Below are positions 1-10,729 of a DNA stretch of 64,000 nt, piece by piece. A model generated the notes under the pieces. It searched no databases, was not told the origin of the DNA, and saw only the letters and a program-made list of their open reading frames with translations. The stretch is taken from positions 4,288,001 through 4,352,000 of the forward strand of contig OZ245817.1 in assembly GCA_965228475.1 (NCBI GenBank). Direction: 5' to 3'. Made by a program: the position numbers and the translations under genes. How positions within the stretch are numbered: the stretch's first letter is position 1; every line of letters begins with the position of its first letter. The stretch is from Myxococcota bacterium (GTDB lineage: Bacteria; Myxococcota_A; UBA9160; JAFDDA01).

Positions 1-397
1 GCGCTCGAACGCGGGGGCGATGGCCGTGATGGGCGCGGTCGGACTCTCGATCATCGCCGCGGCGCGCCCCCTGGCGGGGATGTTCGGCGCGGCCGGAGCG
101 GAGACCGTCGAGCTCACCGTGCAGTTCATCTACATCCTGGGTGCGGTCCAGCCGCTGATGGCGGTCGAGTTCGCGATCGGCGGCGCGCTGCGGGGCGCCG
201 GCGACACCCGCTTCCCGCTCGTCGCCATCCTGACGGGCCTGTTCGTCTTCCGGCTGGGAAGCGCCTTCGCCCTCCAGACGTTCTTCGAGCCGACGATCGT
301 CCAGGTCTGGATGTGTCTGATCTCGGACTACGCCGTGAAGGCGCTCATGCTTGCGTGGCGCTTCGGCTCGGGTCGCTGGCAGCACGTCCGGGTGTAG
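1..397 (+). CDS. MATE-family efflux transporter, C-terminal part (5' truncated by window)
   Basis: Hydrophobic ORF with GALRGAGDTRFP motif and C-terminal ..F.SGRW typical of MATE proteins. Confidence 0.85.
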   Translation, partial: RSNAGAMAVMGAVGLSIIAAARPLAGMFGAAGAETVELTVQFIYILGAVQPLMAVEFAIGGALRGAGDTRFPLVAILTGLFVFRLGSAFALQTFFEPTIVQVWMCLISDYAVKALMLAWRFGSGRWQHVRV

Positions 398-833
398 GGG
401 TCTCCGGAGCGTCCGGGCCGTGCGCGACCCAGCGCAGCACGTCCGTCTCGGTGACGATGCCCAGGAGCTCCTCGTCCCGCACCACCGGCAGGCAGCCGAT
501 CTTCGCCTCCGCCATGGTCCGCGCGGCCTGGACGATGGTGGCCTCCGGCGAGACGACGATCGGCGGCTCGGACATCACGCGCTCGATCTCGATCGCGTAG
601 AGGAATGCCTTGCGCTCGTCGGTCCGGTGGGAAGAGAGGTTCGAGAGCGAACTCCGCAGGAGGTCGCGCTCCGAGACCACGCCGACGAGCCGTCCGCCGC
701 TCACCACGGGCATGTGGCGCACGCGCCCGAGGCGCATGATATCCTCGACCGTAGAGAGGCTCTCCTGCGCACTCACCGTGACGATCTTCGTCTGCATGAT
801 CGCGCGCACGGGCGTCTGGTCGGTGGTGTTCAT
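345..833 (-). CDS. Tandem CBS-domain protein (AcuB-like)
   Basis: Two CBS motifs (VRHMPVV..GRLVGVVSERD; IGCLPVV...LLGIVTETD). Confidence 0.9.
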   Translation of the reverse strand: MNTTDQTPVRAIMQTKIVTVSAQESLSTVEDIMRLGRVRHMPVVSGGRLVGVVSERDLLRSSLSNLSSHRTDERKAFLYAIEIERVMSEPPIVVSPEATIVQAARTMAEAKIGCLPVVRDEELLGIVTETDVLRWVAHGPDAPETPTPGRAASDPSRSATQA

Positions 834-874
834 CGGGACTCCGATCGACGACGACGAGGAAGGAGTCTACACCC

Positions 875-1339
875 ATGGCCCCGGCCGATGGAAAGAACGA
901 TGGGAAGATGAGCCGTCGCGAAACGCACGCAGGCCAGACGAAACCGGACCCGGAGGACGCGTTCCCGCCGGAGGAATCCGCGGGGACGGACCCGCAGCTG
1001 GCCGGACTCCCGGACCTCGCCAAGCGCGTGCTCGCCCTGGGGCTCTCGGGAATGTTCGCCACCCAGGAGAGCGTCCGGCAGGCCGTGGGCGATGCGCTGC
1101 CCAAGGAATGGGTCGACTTCGCTGCCGGCCAGAGCGAGCGCACGCGGGCCGAGTTCCTGGAGCGCCTCGCCGGGGAGCTCGCCCGGACGCTCGAGAGCAT
1201 CGACCTCGCGCGGGTGATGCAGCGCGCCCTCGAGGGCCGCACCCTCGAGGTGACGGCCAAGATCCGGATGCTGCCGGACGAGCCGGGCAAGACGGGAACG
1301 CGTCTTTCACTCACCATGGAGGACGACCCGAGTGAGTGA
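875..1339 (+). CDS. Conserved-type hypothetical protein, possibly phasin/PhaF-like amphipathic protein
   Basis: Codon-biased ORF with SD upstream; overlaps next start; LAKRVLALGLSGMFATQE helix; function is inference. Confidence 0.6.
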   Translation: MAPADGKNDGKMSRRETHAGQTKPDPEDAFPPEESAGTDPQLAGLPDLAKRVLALGLSGMFATQESVRQAVGDALPKEWVDFAAGQSERTRAEFLERLAGELARTLESIDLARVMQRALEGRTLEVTAKIRMLPDEPGKTGTRLSLTMEDDPSE

Positions 1340-2645
1340 GCCGGTCCCGGAGACGAGCCCGGTCCCGGAGCGGAGCTTCGCGCGGGCCGCGGCGGGCTGG
1401 GCGGTCCTGCTGGTCCTGCTCGGCTACGCCGGGTTCGTGCACCACGGCCTCGGCCCGGTCCCCGACGGCACCATCGAGGTCTACAGCCCGCGCGAGTTCC
1501 TGCTGGCCGAGTCCTGGATCGAACCCTTCGAAGAGCGGCCCGGGCTGGGCGTCCTCGCCTTCGCCGCACCCGCCGTGCTCCTCGCAGTCGGCGTGTTCGT
1601 GCTCACGGCTTCGGCGGTCGCGCGCACGCTCGCCGTCGCGGGCGTGGTCGCTTCCATCCTGTTCGCCTTCTACGGGCTGCGGCCTCCAGGACCCGGCATC
1701 TGGCGCTTCTTCGGCTGGCGCGGTTCCGGGGTCATGGCCGGGCTCGCCCTGGTGATCGCCGCGACCTCCACGGCACCCCTCCTGGCCCGCAGCTGGCTTC
1801 GGCTTCCGACCTGGGGGCGGGTCCTCGTCTACCTCCCGGTGTTCCTGCTCGTGGTCGTCCTGCTCCGCAACGTCACGGGAACCGACCCGACGCTGCGCTT
1901 CGCGATCTCGCCCTGGCCCGTCGTCCCGCTGTTCGGCATGACGATCGGGAGCGTCGCGATCCTCGGACTGCTCGCGGGCATGACCGCCGCGGCCTTCGCC
2001 TTCACCCACACCGGGGGCCTGCGCATCGCGGGGATCGCGGTCGGGCTCCTCCTTCCCGCGGTCTGGTTCAAGCTCTGGCACGGCACCGTGCCCGACGCGG
2101 GCCTCGGTGCGATCACCGCCGTCGCAGCGGCGTGCATCGCCGCCGCGCTGCTGAGCGTCCAGAAACCGGCCCTCAAGCTTCGGGCGCGCGGGCTCGCCTG
2201 GGGCACGATCCTCGCGGCGGCACCGCTGCTCGCCGGCGAGGCACTCGCAAGCTTCGACTATTCGCGCACGCGCGAGGGTTCCGCCCGAGAGATCATCACC
2301 GCCCTCGACGCTTACTATGCGAAGCACGAGGAATACCCCGAAGAGCTCGCCGAGCTCGTCGACGGCGGCTACATCGAAGCGATCCCGCAGCCGAGCATCG
2401 GCTTCTCGGCCTTCGGCGGCGAGCAGGAGTTCGCCTACCAGAGCTTCGGCATCAGCTACAACCTCGAGTTCTCGGCACCGGACTGGGTGCAGTGCGCCTA
2501 CAACCCGGCCTGGGCCGAGGAGGACTGGGAAGAAGAGGAGGAGGAAGCCGAGGCCGAAGCGGACGAGGCCGACGACCCCTCCGACGAGGAGCACTCGCTC
2601 GAAGAATCCTGGTCGTGCCCCTCGAGCCCGCCCGAACTCTGGTGA
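1332..2645 (+). CDS. Multi-pass membrane protein with C-terminal pseudopilin(GspG)-like segment and acidic tail
   Basis: About 10 hydrophobic segments then IITALDAYYAKHEEYPEELAELV..GYI motif and Glu-rich tail. Confidence 0.65.
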   Translation: MSEPVPETSPVPERSFARAAAGWAVLLVLLGYAGFVHHGLGPVPDGTIEVYSPREFLLAESWIEPFEERPGLGVLAFAAPAVLLAVGVFVLTASAVARTLAVAGVVASILFAFYGLRPPGPGIWRFFGWRGSGVMAGLALVIAATSTAPLLARSWLRLPTWGRVLVYLPVFLLVVVLLRNVTGTDPTLRFAISPWPVVPLFGMTIGSVAILGLLAGMTAAAFAFTHTGGLRIAGIAVGLLLPAVWFKLWHGTVPDAGLGAITAVAAACIAAALLSVQKPALKLRARGLAWGTILAAAPLLAGEALASFDYSRTREGSAREIITALDAYYAKHEEYPEELAELVDGGYIEAIPQPSIGFSAFGGEQEFAYQSFGISYNLEFSAPDWVQCAYNPAWAEEDWEEEEEEAEAEADEADDPSDEEHSLEESWSCPSSPPELW

Positions 2646-3994
2646 GCGACCCCCTTTCCCTGCCGCGACGGATCGAGCGCGCCCGGCGCATCGGAACCAC
2701 CTTCGGCCGCGTCTACCTCGGCATCAAGGCGAACCAGCTCCTGGCCCGGGGGCTCGACGAAGCGACCATGCGCAGGCGCTGGTCCGCGTTCCATCGCAGC
2801 AGCGCCAGGTCCATCCACTCGGCCGCGGTCGATCTGCGCGGGCTGATCCTGAAGGGCTGCCAGTTCCTCGGGTCGCGGGCGGACGTGCTCCCGCCCGAGT
2901 ACGTCGAGGTGCTCTCGCGCCTCCAGGACCGCGTCCCGCCGCATCCGTTCCGCGTCGTCCGCACCCTCGTCGAGCAGGAGCTCGGCGTTCCCCTCGAAGA
3001 CCGCTTCGCGTCCTTCTCGCGGCGGCCGATCGCTTCGGCCTCGCTGGCCCAGGTCCACGAGGCCCAGCTGAAGGACGGCCAGCGGGTCGCCGTGAAGGTG
3101 CAGTACCCCGAGATCGCATCCCTCGTGAAGAGCGACCTCGCGAACCTCCAGGCGCTCTTCCGCGCCGTCGGCGTGATCGAACGCGACTTCGACCTCATGC
3201 CGCTCGTCGACGAGCTCGGCCGCTACGTGCCGCGCGAGCTCGACTTCGAGAACGAGGCCCGCAACGCCGAGGCCATCGCCGCCCAGTTCGCCCACCGCAA
3301 GGACATCGTCGTCCCGAAGATCCACTGGGAGCTCACCGCCCGTCGCGTGCTCGTGATGGAGTTCGTCGAGGGGATCAAGATCAGCGACGTCGATGCCCTC
3401 GACGCGGCGGGCATCGACCGGGCGCGCGTCTCCGCGCTGCTCGTCGAGTGCTTCGCCGAGCAGGTCCTGACCCACGGCTTCTTCCACGCGGACCCCCACC
3501 CGGGCAACCTGCGGATCCAGACCGGCCCCGACGGCCCCCGCCTCGTGCTGCTCGACTTCGGACTCGCGAAGGACCTGCCGCCGAACTTCCGGCGCGGCGT
3601 CGTCTCCTTCTTCACTGCGATGTTCCAGGAGCAGCCGGAGGCCGCCGCGGCCGCGCTCCTCGACCTCGGCTTCGAAACGCGCGACGGCGGGGCCGACTCG
3701 CTCGAGGGCGTCGCCCGCGTGCTCCTCGAAGAAGGCCGGGAGCTCCGGCGCCGGGCCTTCCTCTCCCGAGACCGCGCGCGCGACGCCGGCCGCGAGATCC
3801 AGGACATCATCCGGCGCAACCCGATCGTGCGGATGCCGAGCCACCTCGTGCTGATGGGCCGCGTCCTCGGCCTGCTCTCGGGCGTGGGCCGCTCCCTCGG
3901 TGCGAACGTGAACCTCCTCGAAGTGCTCCTGCCCTACGCCCTCGGCACCACCGCCCCGGCCGACGGCGCGCCTCCCGCCGCGGAGACCGATTGA
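2642..3994 (+). CDS. ABC1/UbiB/AarF atypical kinase
   Basis: IASASLAQVH, VAVKVQYP, ELDFENE, FFHADPHPGN, LLDFG motifs; GTG start overlapping upstream TGA. Confidence 0.92.
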   Translation: MSDPLSLPRRIERARRIGTTFGRVYLGIKANQLLARGLDEATMRRRWSAFHRSSARSIHSAAVDLRGLILKGCQFLGSRADVLPPEYVEVLSRLQDRVPPHPFRVVRTLVEQELGVPLEDRFASFSRRPIASASLAQVHEAQLKDGQRVAVKVQYPEIASLVKSDLANLQALFRAVGVIERDFDLMPLVDELGRYVPRELDFENEARNAEAIAAQFAHRKDIVVPKIHWELTARRVLVMEFVEGIKISDVDALDAAGIDRARVSALLVECFAEQVLTHGFFHADPHPGNLRIQTGPDGPRLVLLDFGLAKDLPPNFRRGVVSFFTAMFQEQPEAAAAALLDLGFETRDGGADSLEGVARVLLEEGRELRRRAFLSRDRARDAGREIQDIIRRNPIVRMPSHLVLMGRVLGLLSGVGRSLGANVNLLEVLLPYALGTTAPADGAPPAAETD

Positions 3995-4968
3995 CCCTCG
4001 AAGTCGGCATGGCCCTCGGCGGAAGCGCGACCGCCTCCGACTTCGCCGAGCGCCTCGAACGCGTCCTGCACGCCGAGGCGATCGGGATGCACTCGGTCTG
4101 GCTGCCCGAGAATCACTTCACGCCCGCGGCGAGTGCCTCGCCGCTCCTGGCGCTCGCCGCCTTCGCCGCGCGCACGGAGCGTCTGCGTCTCGGCACGACG
4201 TCGCTGCTCGTCTCGGTGCACCACCCGCTCCGGGTCGCCGACGAGGTCTCCGCCCTCGACGCGCTCTCGGGCGGGCGGGTCTGGCTCGGTCTCGGGCGCG
4301 GCTTTCGCGCGCCGCTCTTCCGGGGCTTCGGCGTCGAGCCGGGAACCAAGCGGGACCGCTTCGACGCGGCCCTCGACGCCATCCTCTCGGTGTGGTCCGG
4401 AGAGCCGGTCACGCTGAAGGACGACTTCTTCGAGACCCAGGGAAGCAGCGTGCAGTCCGCCCTGCGCCCCACCCAGCGGCCGCACCCTCCCCTGCTCGTC
4501 GCGGCGTTCGGCCGCAAGGGCCTCACCCAGGCCGCACGGCGGGGCCTGCCCTACCTCGCTTCGCCGCTCGAGCCGCTCGAGCTCCTCGCCGAGAACCACG
4601 CCTTCCATCGCGACCACCTGGCGCAGCCCATCCAGGCCGGTGTGGCCCGCGCGCCGGTCATGCGCACGGTCCACGTCGCCGACGACGACGTCGGCGCCGC
4701 GCGGGTCTTCGCCGGCCTCGAGGCGGAGCGCCGGCGCATGCCCTCGGGCCCCATGCCCAAGGCCCTGGCGCGAGCCTCCGAGGGCGAGCTCGAGGATCGC
4801 GTGCTCGTCGGGACCCGAGCGCAGATCGAGGACGGCATCGGAACCTATCGCGAGCGCGTGGGGATGGATCTGCTGATTGCGCGGGGCGAGGTGCCGGGCG
4901 TCGATGCTGCGGCCCAGCGCGCCTCGAACGAAGCGCTCCTCGAGATCGCGGCCGGCTTCGCGGCCTAG
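3991..4968 (+). CDS. LLM-class flavin-dependent oxidoreductase (luciferase-like monooxygenase)
   Basis: VWLPENHF, RTERLRLGT, LDALSGGRVWLGLGRG, P.Q.PHPP motifs; TTG start overlapping TGA. Confidence 0.88.
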   Translation: MTLEVGMALGGSATASDFAERLERVLHAEAIGMHSVWLPENHFTPAASASPLLALAAFAARTERLRLGTTSLLVSVHHPLRVADEVSALDALSGGRVWLGLGRGFRAPLFRGFGVEPGTKRDRFDAALDAILSVWSGEPVTLKDDFFETQGSSVQSALRPTQRPHPPLLVAAFGRKGLTQAARRGLPYLASPLEPLELLAENHAFHRDHLAQPIQAGVARAPVMRTVHVADDDVGAARVFAGLEAERRRMPSGPMPKALARASEGELEDRVLVGTRAQIEDGIGTYRERVGMDLLIARGEVPGVDAAAQRASNEALLEIAAGFAA

Positions 4969-4980
4969 AGGGTGTGCGGC

Positions 4981-5160
4981 CTAGGAATCGCCGCTGCGGG
5001 TGAAGGTGACGAAGGCCATCGACGGGCGCTTCGAGGAGTCGCGCATCGCGAACTGCATGCCGTCGTAGGTCCAGCCCTGGCCGACCCACTCGTTCAACAC
5101 CTTCTGGATTTCTTCGTCGGTGACCGTCGAGATCTCGACGACCTTGTACTCCGTGGACAC
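4981..5160 (-). CDS. Small protein (59 aa), DUF4177-like
   Basis: Hand-translated: MSTEYKVVEISTVTDEEIQKVLNEWVGQGWTYDGMQFAMRDSSKRPSMAFVTFTRSGDS; GTG start with purine-rich SD right after hemB stop; absent from ORF track. Confidence 0.8.
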   Translation of the reverse strand: MSTEYKVVEISTVTDEEIQKVLNEWVGQGWTYDGMQFAMRDSSKRPSMAFVTFTRSGDS

Positions 5161-5171
5161 CAGAAACCCCT

Positions 5172-6146
5172 TCAGGGTGCGAGCCGCGCCGCCACTTCCT
5201 TGGCGGCGTAGGTGAGTATCAAATCCGCGCCGGCGCGCCGGATGGCCACGAGCGCCTCTTCCATCGCGCGTTCGCCGTCGATCCAGCCGCGCTCGGCGGC
5301 CGCGTGGATCATCGCGTACTCCCCGGAGACGTGGTAGGCGGCGAGCGGAACGTCGAAGCGCTCCCGGGCCTGGGAGAGCACGTCGAGGTAGGGAAGCGCC
5401 GGCTTCACCATCAGCGCGTCGGCGCCCTCTTCGAGATCGAGCTCCATCTCGCGCAAGGCCTCACGGCCGTTGGCCGGATCCATCTGGTAGCTGCGCCGGT
5501 CTCCGAAGGCGGGCGTCGATTCGGCCGCGTCGCGGAACGGGCCGTAGTAGGCGCTCGCGAACTTCGCGGCGTAGGAGAGGATCGGAACGGCTTCGAAGGA
5601 CGCCTCGTCGAGGGCGGTGCGGATCGCCCCGACGCGGCCGTCCATCATGTCGGAGGGCGCGACGACGTCCGCGCCCGCGCGCGCGTGGGAAACGGCGGCG
5701 GCAGCCAGCCGCTCGAGGCTCGGATCGTTCGCCACGTCGCCGTCCTCGATCACGCCGCAGTGCCCGTGGTCCGTGTACTCGCAGAGGCAGACGTCGGTGA
5801 TCACGCAGAGTTCGGGCTCGGCCTGCTTCACCGCGGCCACCGCACGCTGGACGATCCCGCCTCCGTCGTCCGCGCCGCTCCCGACGGCGTCCTTCTCGTT
5901 CGGGATCCCGAACAGGATCACGGCCGGGATGCCGACGTCGCGCACGCGCTTGGCTTCGTCCACGAGCGCATCCACGGAGTGGCGATGAACCCCGGGCATC
6001 GAGGCCACCGGCTCGCGCACGCCCTGCCCTTCGACGACGAAGAGCGGCAGCACGAGATCGTCCCGGGAAAGCCGGGTCTCGCGCACCATCCGGCGCAGCG
6101 CATCGGTCCGGCGCAGGCGCCGCGGGCGAACGATGGGAAAGCTCAT
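5172..6146 (-). CDS. hemB: Porphobilinogen synthase (ALA dehydratase)
   Basis: RPRRLR N-terminus, [14 protein letters not shown]n site, [14 protein letters not shown]. Confidence 0.97.
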   Translation of the reverse strand: MSFPIVRPRRLRRTDALRRMVRETRLSRDDLVLPLFVVEGQGVREPVASMPGVHRHSVDALVDEAKRVRDVGIPAVILFGIPNEKDAVGSGADDGGGIVQRAVAAVKQAEPELCVITDVCLCEYTDHGHCGVIEDGDVANDPSLERLAAAAVSHARAGADVVAPSDMMDGRVGAIRTALDEASFEAVPILSYAAKFASAYYGPFRDAAESTPAFGDRRSYQMDPANGREALREMELDLEEGADALMVKPALPYLDVLSQARERFDVPLAAYHVSGEYAMIHAAAERGWIDGERAMEEALVAIRRAGADLILTYAAKEVAARLAP

Positions 6147-7699
6147 GGGGCCTCCTGTCGGCCAACCCGGCCGCGAACTTGCGAACCGGAATGCAGCGCC
6201 GAGGCCACCGCACGTGCCAGGGCACCCGCCTCCGGCTGCTCGGCCACGGCCGCGGCGTCGAGCCCCGCCGCTTCGAGGGCCGCCGCCGTGGTCGGCCCGA
6301 TGGCGACCCGCGCGCAGTGCCCGGCGGCCTCGCGGGCCGGCTCGTCGAGCATGGCGAGAAAATTCCGCACCGTCGAGGGGCTCGTGAACGTGAGCGCGTC
6401 GAGCGTTCCCGAAGCGAGCTCCGCGCGAAGCGCCTCCGCGTTCCCTTCCGGCGCCACGGCCCGGTAGGCCACGGGGTCGTCGACGAGGGCCCCGCCGCTG
6501 CGAAGATCCCGGGGGAGCGCGCCGCGCGCGATCTCGGAACGCGGGACGAGCAGGCGCCGGCCGGCCGCCGGGAGCACGCGAAGGATCTCCTCGGCGAGGC
6601 CCTCGGCCACGGAGACCGCGGGCACCGCGCGAACGCTCACGCCGATCCGCGCCGCCGCGCGCGCGGTCCGCTCCCCGATGCAGGCGGCCGTCACGCCGTC
6701 GACCCGGACCCCCTGGCGCTTCGCCGCCGTGGCGAAGGCCTCGACCGCGTTCGTGCTCGCGAAGACCACCGCCTCGTAGTCGTCGAGGCGGGCAAGCGCC
6801 TCCTCGAGCGCGAGCGGATCGGAGGGCGGCTCGATCTCGAGGGTGGGAATCGCGACGGGTTCCCCGCCGAGGGCGCGGATGGCGGAGAGCAGCGGGGCCG
6901 CCTGGGAAGCCGGGCGGGTCACGAGCACGCGCCGGCCGAACAGCGGCGCACGCTCGAACCAGGCGAGCTCCTCGCGCAGCCGCACGACGTCGCCGATCAC
7001 GACCACGGAGGGCGCGCCCAGGCCGGCCTCCTCGACCCGCTTCGGCAACTCCGAGAGCGGCGCCGTGACGGTCTGCTGACGCGGCGTCGTGCCCCACATG
7101 ATGGCTGCGGCGGGCGTGTCGCCCGGGCGGCCCGCGGACAGCACCCGCGCGACCAGGCTCGGGAGGTTCTTCATGCCCATCAGGATGACGAGCGTGTCGA
7201 CCGCGTTGGCGAGGGCTTCCCAGCGGGTGTTCTCGCTCACGCGCGTCGGATCCTTGTGTCCCGTGACGACCGCGAAGGAGGCGGCGTAGCGACGGTCCGT
7301 GACGGGGATCCCCGCATGGGCCGGAACCGCGAGCGCCGAACTCACGCCGGGAACGACCTCGAAGTCGATGCCGGCGGCGGCGCAGTGGCTGGCTTCCTCC
7401 CCGCCGCGGCCGAAGACGAAGGAGTCGCCGCCCTTCAACCGGACCACCGTCTTGCCCGCGAGGGCGTGGCGGACGAGGAGCGCGTTCACGTCGTCCTGGC
7501 TGCGGGTGGGCGCATCGTGCCCGCGCTTGCCGACGTTGATGAGCTCCGCATCCTTCGCCGCGAAGGCAAGAAGCGACTCGTCCACGAGCTGGTCGTAGAG
7601 GACCACGTCCGCGCGTCCGAGCACGGCCGCCCCGCGCAGGGTCAGGAGGTCCGGGTCGCCGGGGCCGGCGCCGACGAGGATCACCCGGCCGGGGCTCAA
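6143..7699 (-). CDS. cobA: Uroporphyrinogen-III C-methyltransferase / uroporphyrinogen-III synthase fusion
   Basis: [28 protein letters not shown]-terminal HemD domain ([21 protein letters not shown]). Confidence 0.93.
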   Translation of the reverse strand: MSPGRVILVGAGPGDPDLLTLRGAAVLGRADVVLYDQLVDESLLAFAAKDAELINVGKRGHDAPTRSQDDVNALLVRHALAGKTVVRLKGGDSFVFGRGGEEASHCAAAGIDFEVVPGVSSALAVPAHAGIPVTDRRYAASFAVVTGHKDPTRVSENTRWEALANAVDTLVILMGMKNLPSLVARVLSAGRPGDTPAAAIMWGTTPRQQTVTAPLSELPKRVEEAGLGAPSVVVIGDVVRLREELAWFERAPLFGRRVLVTRPASQAAPLLSAIRALGGEPVAIPTLEIEPPSDPLALEEALARLDDYEAVVFASTNAVEAFATAAKRQGVRVDGVTAACIGERTARAAARIGVSVRAVPAVSVAEGLAEEILRVLPAAGRRLLVPRSEIARGALPRDLRSGGALVDDPVAYRAVAPEGNAEALRAELASGTLDALTFTSPSTVRNFLAMLDEPAREAAGHCARVAIGPTTAAALEAAGLDAAAVAEQPEAGALARAVASALHSGSQVRGRVGRQEAP

Positions 7700-8622
7700 C
7701 CGGCTGCCTCGGCCCGAAGGCGCTCGAGGAGCGCCTGACCGCCGCGGGCCAGCACACTCTCGGCAGCGGCGGCGCCCGCCGCAGCCGCCTGATCGCGCGG
7801 AGCGGACTCCGTGGCGCGGATCATCTCGCGCCCGTCGACGGAGCAGAGCAGCGCATCGAGTTCGACGGTCTCGCCGCGAAGCCGCGCGTGTGCGGCGAGC
7901 GGCGTCGAGCAATCGCCGCCGAGGCCGATCAGGAAAGCGCGCTCCGCATGGGCCACGCACTCCGCCTCGGCGTCGGAGAGCTTCGCAATGGCATCGTGGA
8001 ACGAATCCCCCTCGCGCGTCTCGAGGGCGAGCGTGCCCTGACAGACGGCCGGGAGCACCGTCTCGGCGGCGAGCCGTTCGGAGATGCGGTCGGCCAGGCC
8101 GAGCCGCTCGAGCCCGGCGCAGGCGAGCACCACCGCGTCGAGCCCCTCGTCCTCGAGCTTCCGAAGGCGCGTCGGGACGTTCCCCCGCAGCGGAACGATG
8201 CGGAGGTCCGCGCGCGCCGCGAGCAGCTGCGCGCCGCGGCGGACCGAACCGGTGCCGACCCGCGCGCCCTCGGGCAGGTCCGCGAGCCGGTGCTTCGGCT
8301 CGCGGCACACGAGCGCGTCGCGCGGATCGACCCGCTCGGGAAACGCGGCGAGCGCGCACCCGGGCGCCACCTCCGCCGGGAGGTCCTTCGCGCTGTGGAC
8401 GGCGACGTCGGCGCGCCCGTCGAGGAGCGCCTCCTCGATCTCCTTCACGAAGAGGCCTTTGCCGCCGATCTTCGAGAGCGAAACGGATTGGATCCGGTCG
8501 CCCGTGGTCTTGAGCACGACCTGCTCGGTCGCTTCCCCGAGGCGATCCTCGATGAGCTTCGCGACCTGGCGCGCCTGGGCCAACGCGAGGTCGCTCCCCC
8601 GCGTCGCGATGCGAACGGTCAC
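7696..8622 (-). CDS. hemC: Hydroxymethylbilane synthase
   Basis: [41 protein letters not shown]. Confidence 0.97.
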   Translation of the reverse strand: MTVRIATRGSDLALAQARQVAKLIEDRLGEATEQVVLKTTGDRIQSVSLSKIGGKGLFVKEIEEALLDGRADVAVHSAKDLPAEVAPGCALAAFPERVDPRDALVCREPKHRLADLPEGARVGTGSVRRGAQLLAARADLRIVPLRGNVPTRLRKLEDEGLDAVVLACAGLERLGLADRISERLAAETVLPAVCQGTLALETREGDSFHDAIAKLSDAEAECVAHAERAFLIGLGGDCSTPLAAHARLRGETVELDALLCSVDGREMIRATESAPRDQAAAAGAAAAESVLARGGQALLERLRAEAAG

Positions 8623-9947
8623 CGGGAACGCTCGGAGTCGTCTTCGTCGCCGGGGTCGCGATCGCGCGCATCGGACTCGCCGTCGAGGTCGAAGAGCTTC
8701 CGGGTCACCTCCAGATAGGCGACACCCTCTTCGCGCTCCGCCTCCTTGCGCAGGCGGGAGAGCGGTGCGTGCAGGATCTTGTTCGCGACCGAGCGCACCA
8801 GGGCCTCGACGCCCTCGCGCTGGCGCGGGTCGAGCCCGAGCTTTTCGATCTGCCGGTCGACCTCCCGTTCGCGAATGCCGTCGGCCCGCTCGCGCAGCTC
8901 GCGCAGGGTCGGGCCGGCGCGGAGCGCCGAGAGCCACCCCAGGAAGTTGGCCTCTTCCTCCGCCACGATGGCCTCCGCCTGGACCGTCTCGCGACGGCGC
9001 TCTTCGGCGTTCTGCTCGGCCACCCCGGAGAGATCGTCGAGGTCGAACAGATAGACGTCGTCGAGATCGTTCACGTCGGCGGCGACGTTGCGCGGCACGC
9101 CGATGTCGATCACGAAGATCGGGCGGCCCCGCCGGGCGCGCAGCGCCTCGCTCATGCGGTCCTTCGTGAGCAGCGGCCCGTGCCCCGCGATGCAGGTGAG
9201 CACGACGTCGGCGTCCCGCAGCTGGGCATCGAGATCGTCGAGGCCGAACGCTTCGGCGTCGTAGCGCGCCGCCAGCTCCTCGGCGCGCCCGCGCGTCCGG
9301 TTCACGACGCTCGTGTGCACGAGCCCCGCACCCCGCAGCGCCTCGAGCGCCAGCTCGATCATCTCCCCCGCTCCGATGAGCAGGGCCCGTTTGTCCTCGA
9401 AGCGCTCGAAGACCTGGCGCGCCAGATCGACGGCGACCCGCGCGACCGAGACCGGACGCTCGGCGATGCGCGTCTCGCGCCGGACCCGCTTCGCGGTGGC
9501 GAAGGCGCGGGAGAAGAGCCGCGTCAGAATCACCCCGCAGGCCCCCGTGTCGACGGCCAGACGGTAGGCGTCCTTCATCTGGCCGAGGATCTGCGGTTCG
9601 CCGACCACGAGCGAATCGATCGAAGAGGCCACCCGGAACGCGTGCCGCACGGCGGCACCGTCGTGGAAGTGATAGAGGCAGCCGTCGAGCTCGGCGGCCG
9701 AGGGGGCCACCGCCTGCTCCGTGAGATCGCGCTGAAAGAACGAGTGCAGCCGGAGGCGTGCCGCTTCGGACTCCTTCGAGGAAGCCAGGATCTCGACGCG
9801 GTTGCAGGTCGAGAGCAGCACCGCCTCCTCGATCTCCGGGCTCGCGACGAGCTTCATCAGCGCCGGCGTCGGATCGTCGAGGACGAAGCGCTCGCGAAGC
9901 TCGACGGGCGCCGAGCGATGGTTCATGCCGACGAGGTGGAGCTTCAC
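8619..9947 (-). CDS. hemA: Glutamyl-tRNA reductase
   Basis: GMNHRSAPVELRE, LSTCNRVE, VVGEPQILGQ, IGAGEM, DIGVPRNV. Confidence 0.97.
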   Translation of the reverse strand: MKLHLVGMNHRSAPVELRERFVLDDPTPALMKLVASPEIEEAVLLSTCNRVEILASSKESEAARLRLHSFFQRDLTEQAVAPSAAELDGCLYHFHDGAAVRHAFRVASSIDSLVVGEPQILGQMKDAYRLAVDTGACGVILTRLFSRAFATAKRVRRETRIAERPVSVARVAVDLARQVFERFEDKRALLIGAGEMIELALEALRGAGLVHTSVVNRTRGRAEELAARYDAEAFGLDDLDAQLRDADVVLTCIAGHGPLLTKDRMSEALRARRGRPIFVIDIGVPRNVAADVNDLDDVYLFDLDDLSGVAEQNAEERRRETVQAEAIVAEEEANFLGWLSALRAGPTLRELRERADGIREREVDRQIEKLGLDPRQREGVEALVRSVANKILHAPLSRLRKEAEREEGVAYLEVTRKLFDLDGESDARDRDPGDEDDSERSR

Positions 9948-10729
9948 GCGAGCCACCCCACACCGAGCACGGCGAACAGGAGGAAACCGAATCCGCCGAC
10001 CGCCGAGAGGGCGGCGCTGCGCGCGCTCTGGTGCATGGCGAAGCGCCCGAGCAGAAGCCCGCCGTAGATCGCCCAGGCCACGGTGGTCCAGATCTCGTGC
10101 GCGGACCCGCTCCACAGCGCGCCGTCGGATGCCTCGAGCCAGAGCATGCCGGTCAGCACGCCGAGCGTGAGCAGAACGAAGCCGACGCTGAGGGAGACGA
10201 CGTTCACGCGGTCGAGGGTCTCGAGAGACGGCAGGCCCGTCGCGCCGGTGCGCTTGCGCTTCAACGCCCGCGCCTCGCGCAGGAAGGCGACTCCCGCAAG
10301 CCCGGCCACGGCGAGCAGGCCGAGCCCGGCGCTCGCGAGCAGCACGTGGGCATGGGGCCAGGAGCCGGCGTCGACGATGCTCGTCCCCGGCGCGTGGGGC
10401 ATGCGCGCCGCGCCGAAGAACGCGCCGAGGAAGCCGAGCGGCGCGATCCACACGACCAACGCGTCCCAGCGCGCCCGCATCGTGAAGGCGAGGAAGGCGA
10501 CCATCGCGAGGCAGCTCATCAGCGAGATCACGGCCGGCAGGTCCGTCAGATGCGGCGTCGGCTCCGCGCTGTGGAGGAAGCCGAAGGCGGCCAGGTGCAC
10601 GACGGCCCCCGCCGAAAGCAGCCACGCAGCGGCCCGGCGCGCCGGCCCGGCCGAGGAGAGCGCGACGCCTCCGACGATCGCCGCCAGCAGGTAGATCGCC
10701 GCCGCCAGCTGCTGGAGCATGATCAGCAT
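9944..10729 (-). CDS. ccsA: Cytochrome c assembly family membrane protein (CcsA/HemX-like)
   Basis: 8 TM segments, conserved His, LPSLETLD and GFVLLTLGVLTG.LW motifs; directly upstream of hemA. Confidence 0.85.
   Translation of the reverse strand: MLIMLQQLAAAIYLLAAIVGGVALSSAGPARRAAAWLLSAGAVVHLAAFGFLHSAEPTPHLTDLPAVISLMSCLAMVAFLAFTMRARWDALVVWIAPLGFLGAFFGAARMPHAPGTSIVDAGSWPHAHVLLASAGLGLLAVAGLAGVAFLREARALKRKRTGATGLPSLETLDRVNVVSLSVGFVLLTLGVLTGMLWLEASDGALWSGSAHEIWTTVAWAIYGGLLLGRFAMHQSARSAALSAVGGFGFLLFAVLGVGWLA

Noticed and set aside
345..397. 53-bp convergent overlap of MATE and CBS genes as antisense regulation
   Set aside because: More simply explained by a low-complexity C-terminal run-on of the CBS ORF.
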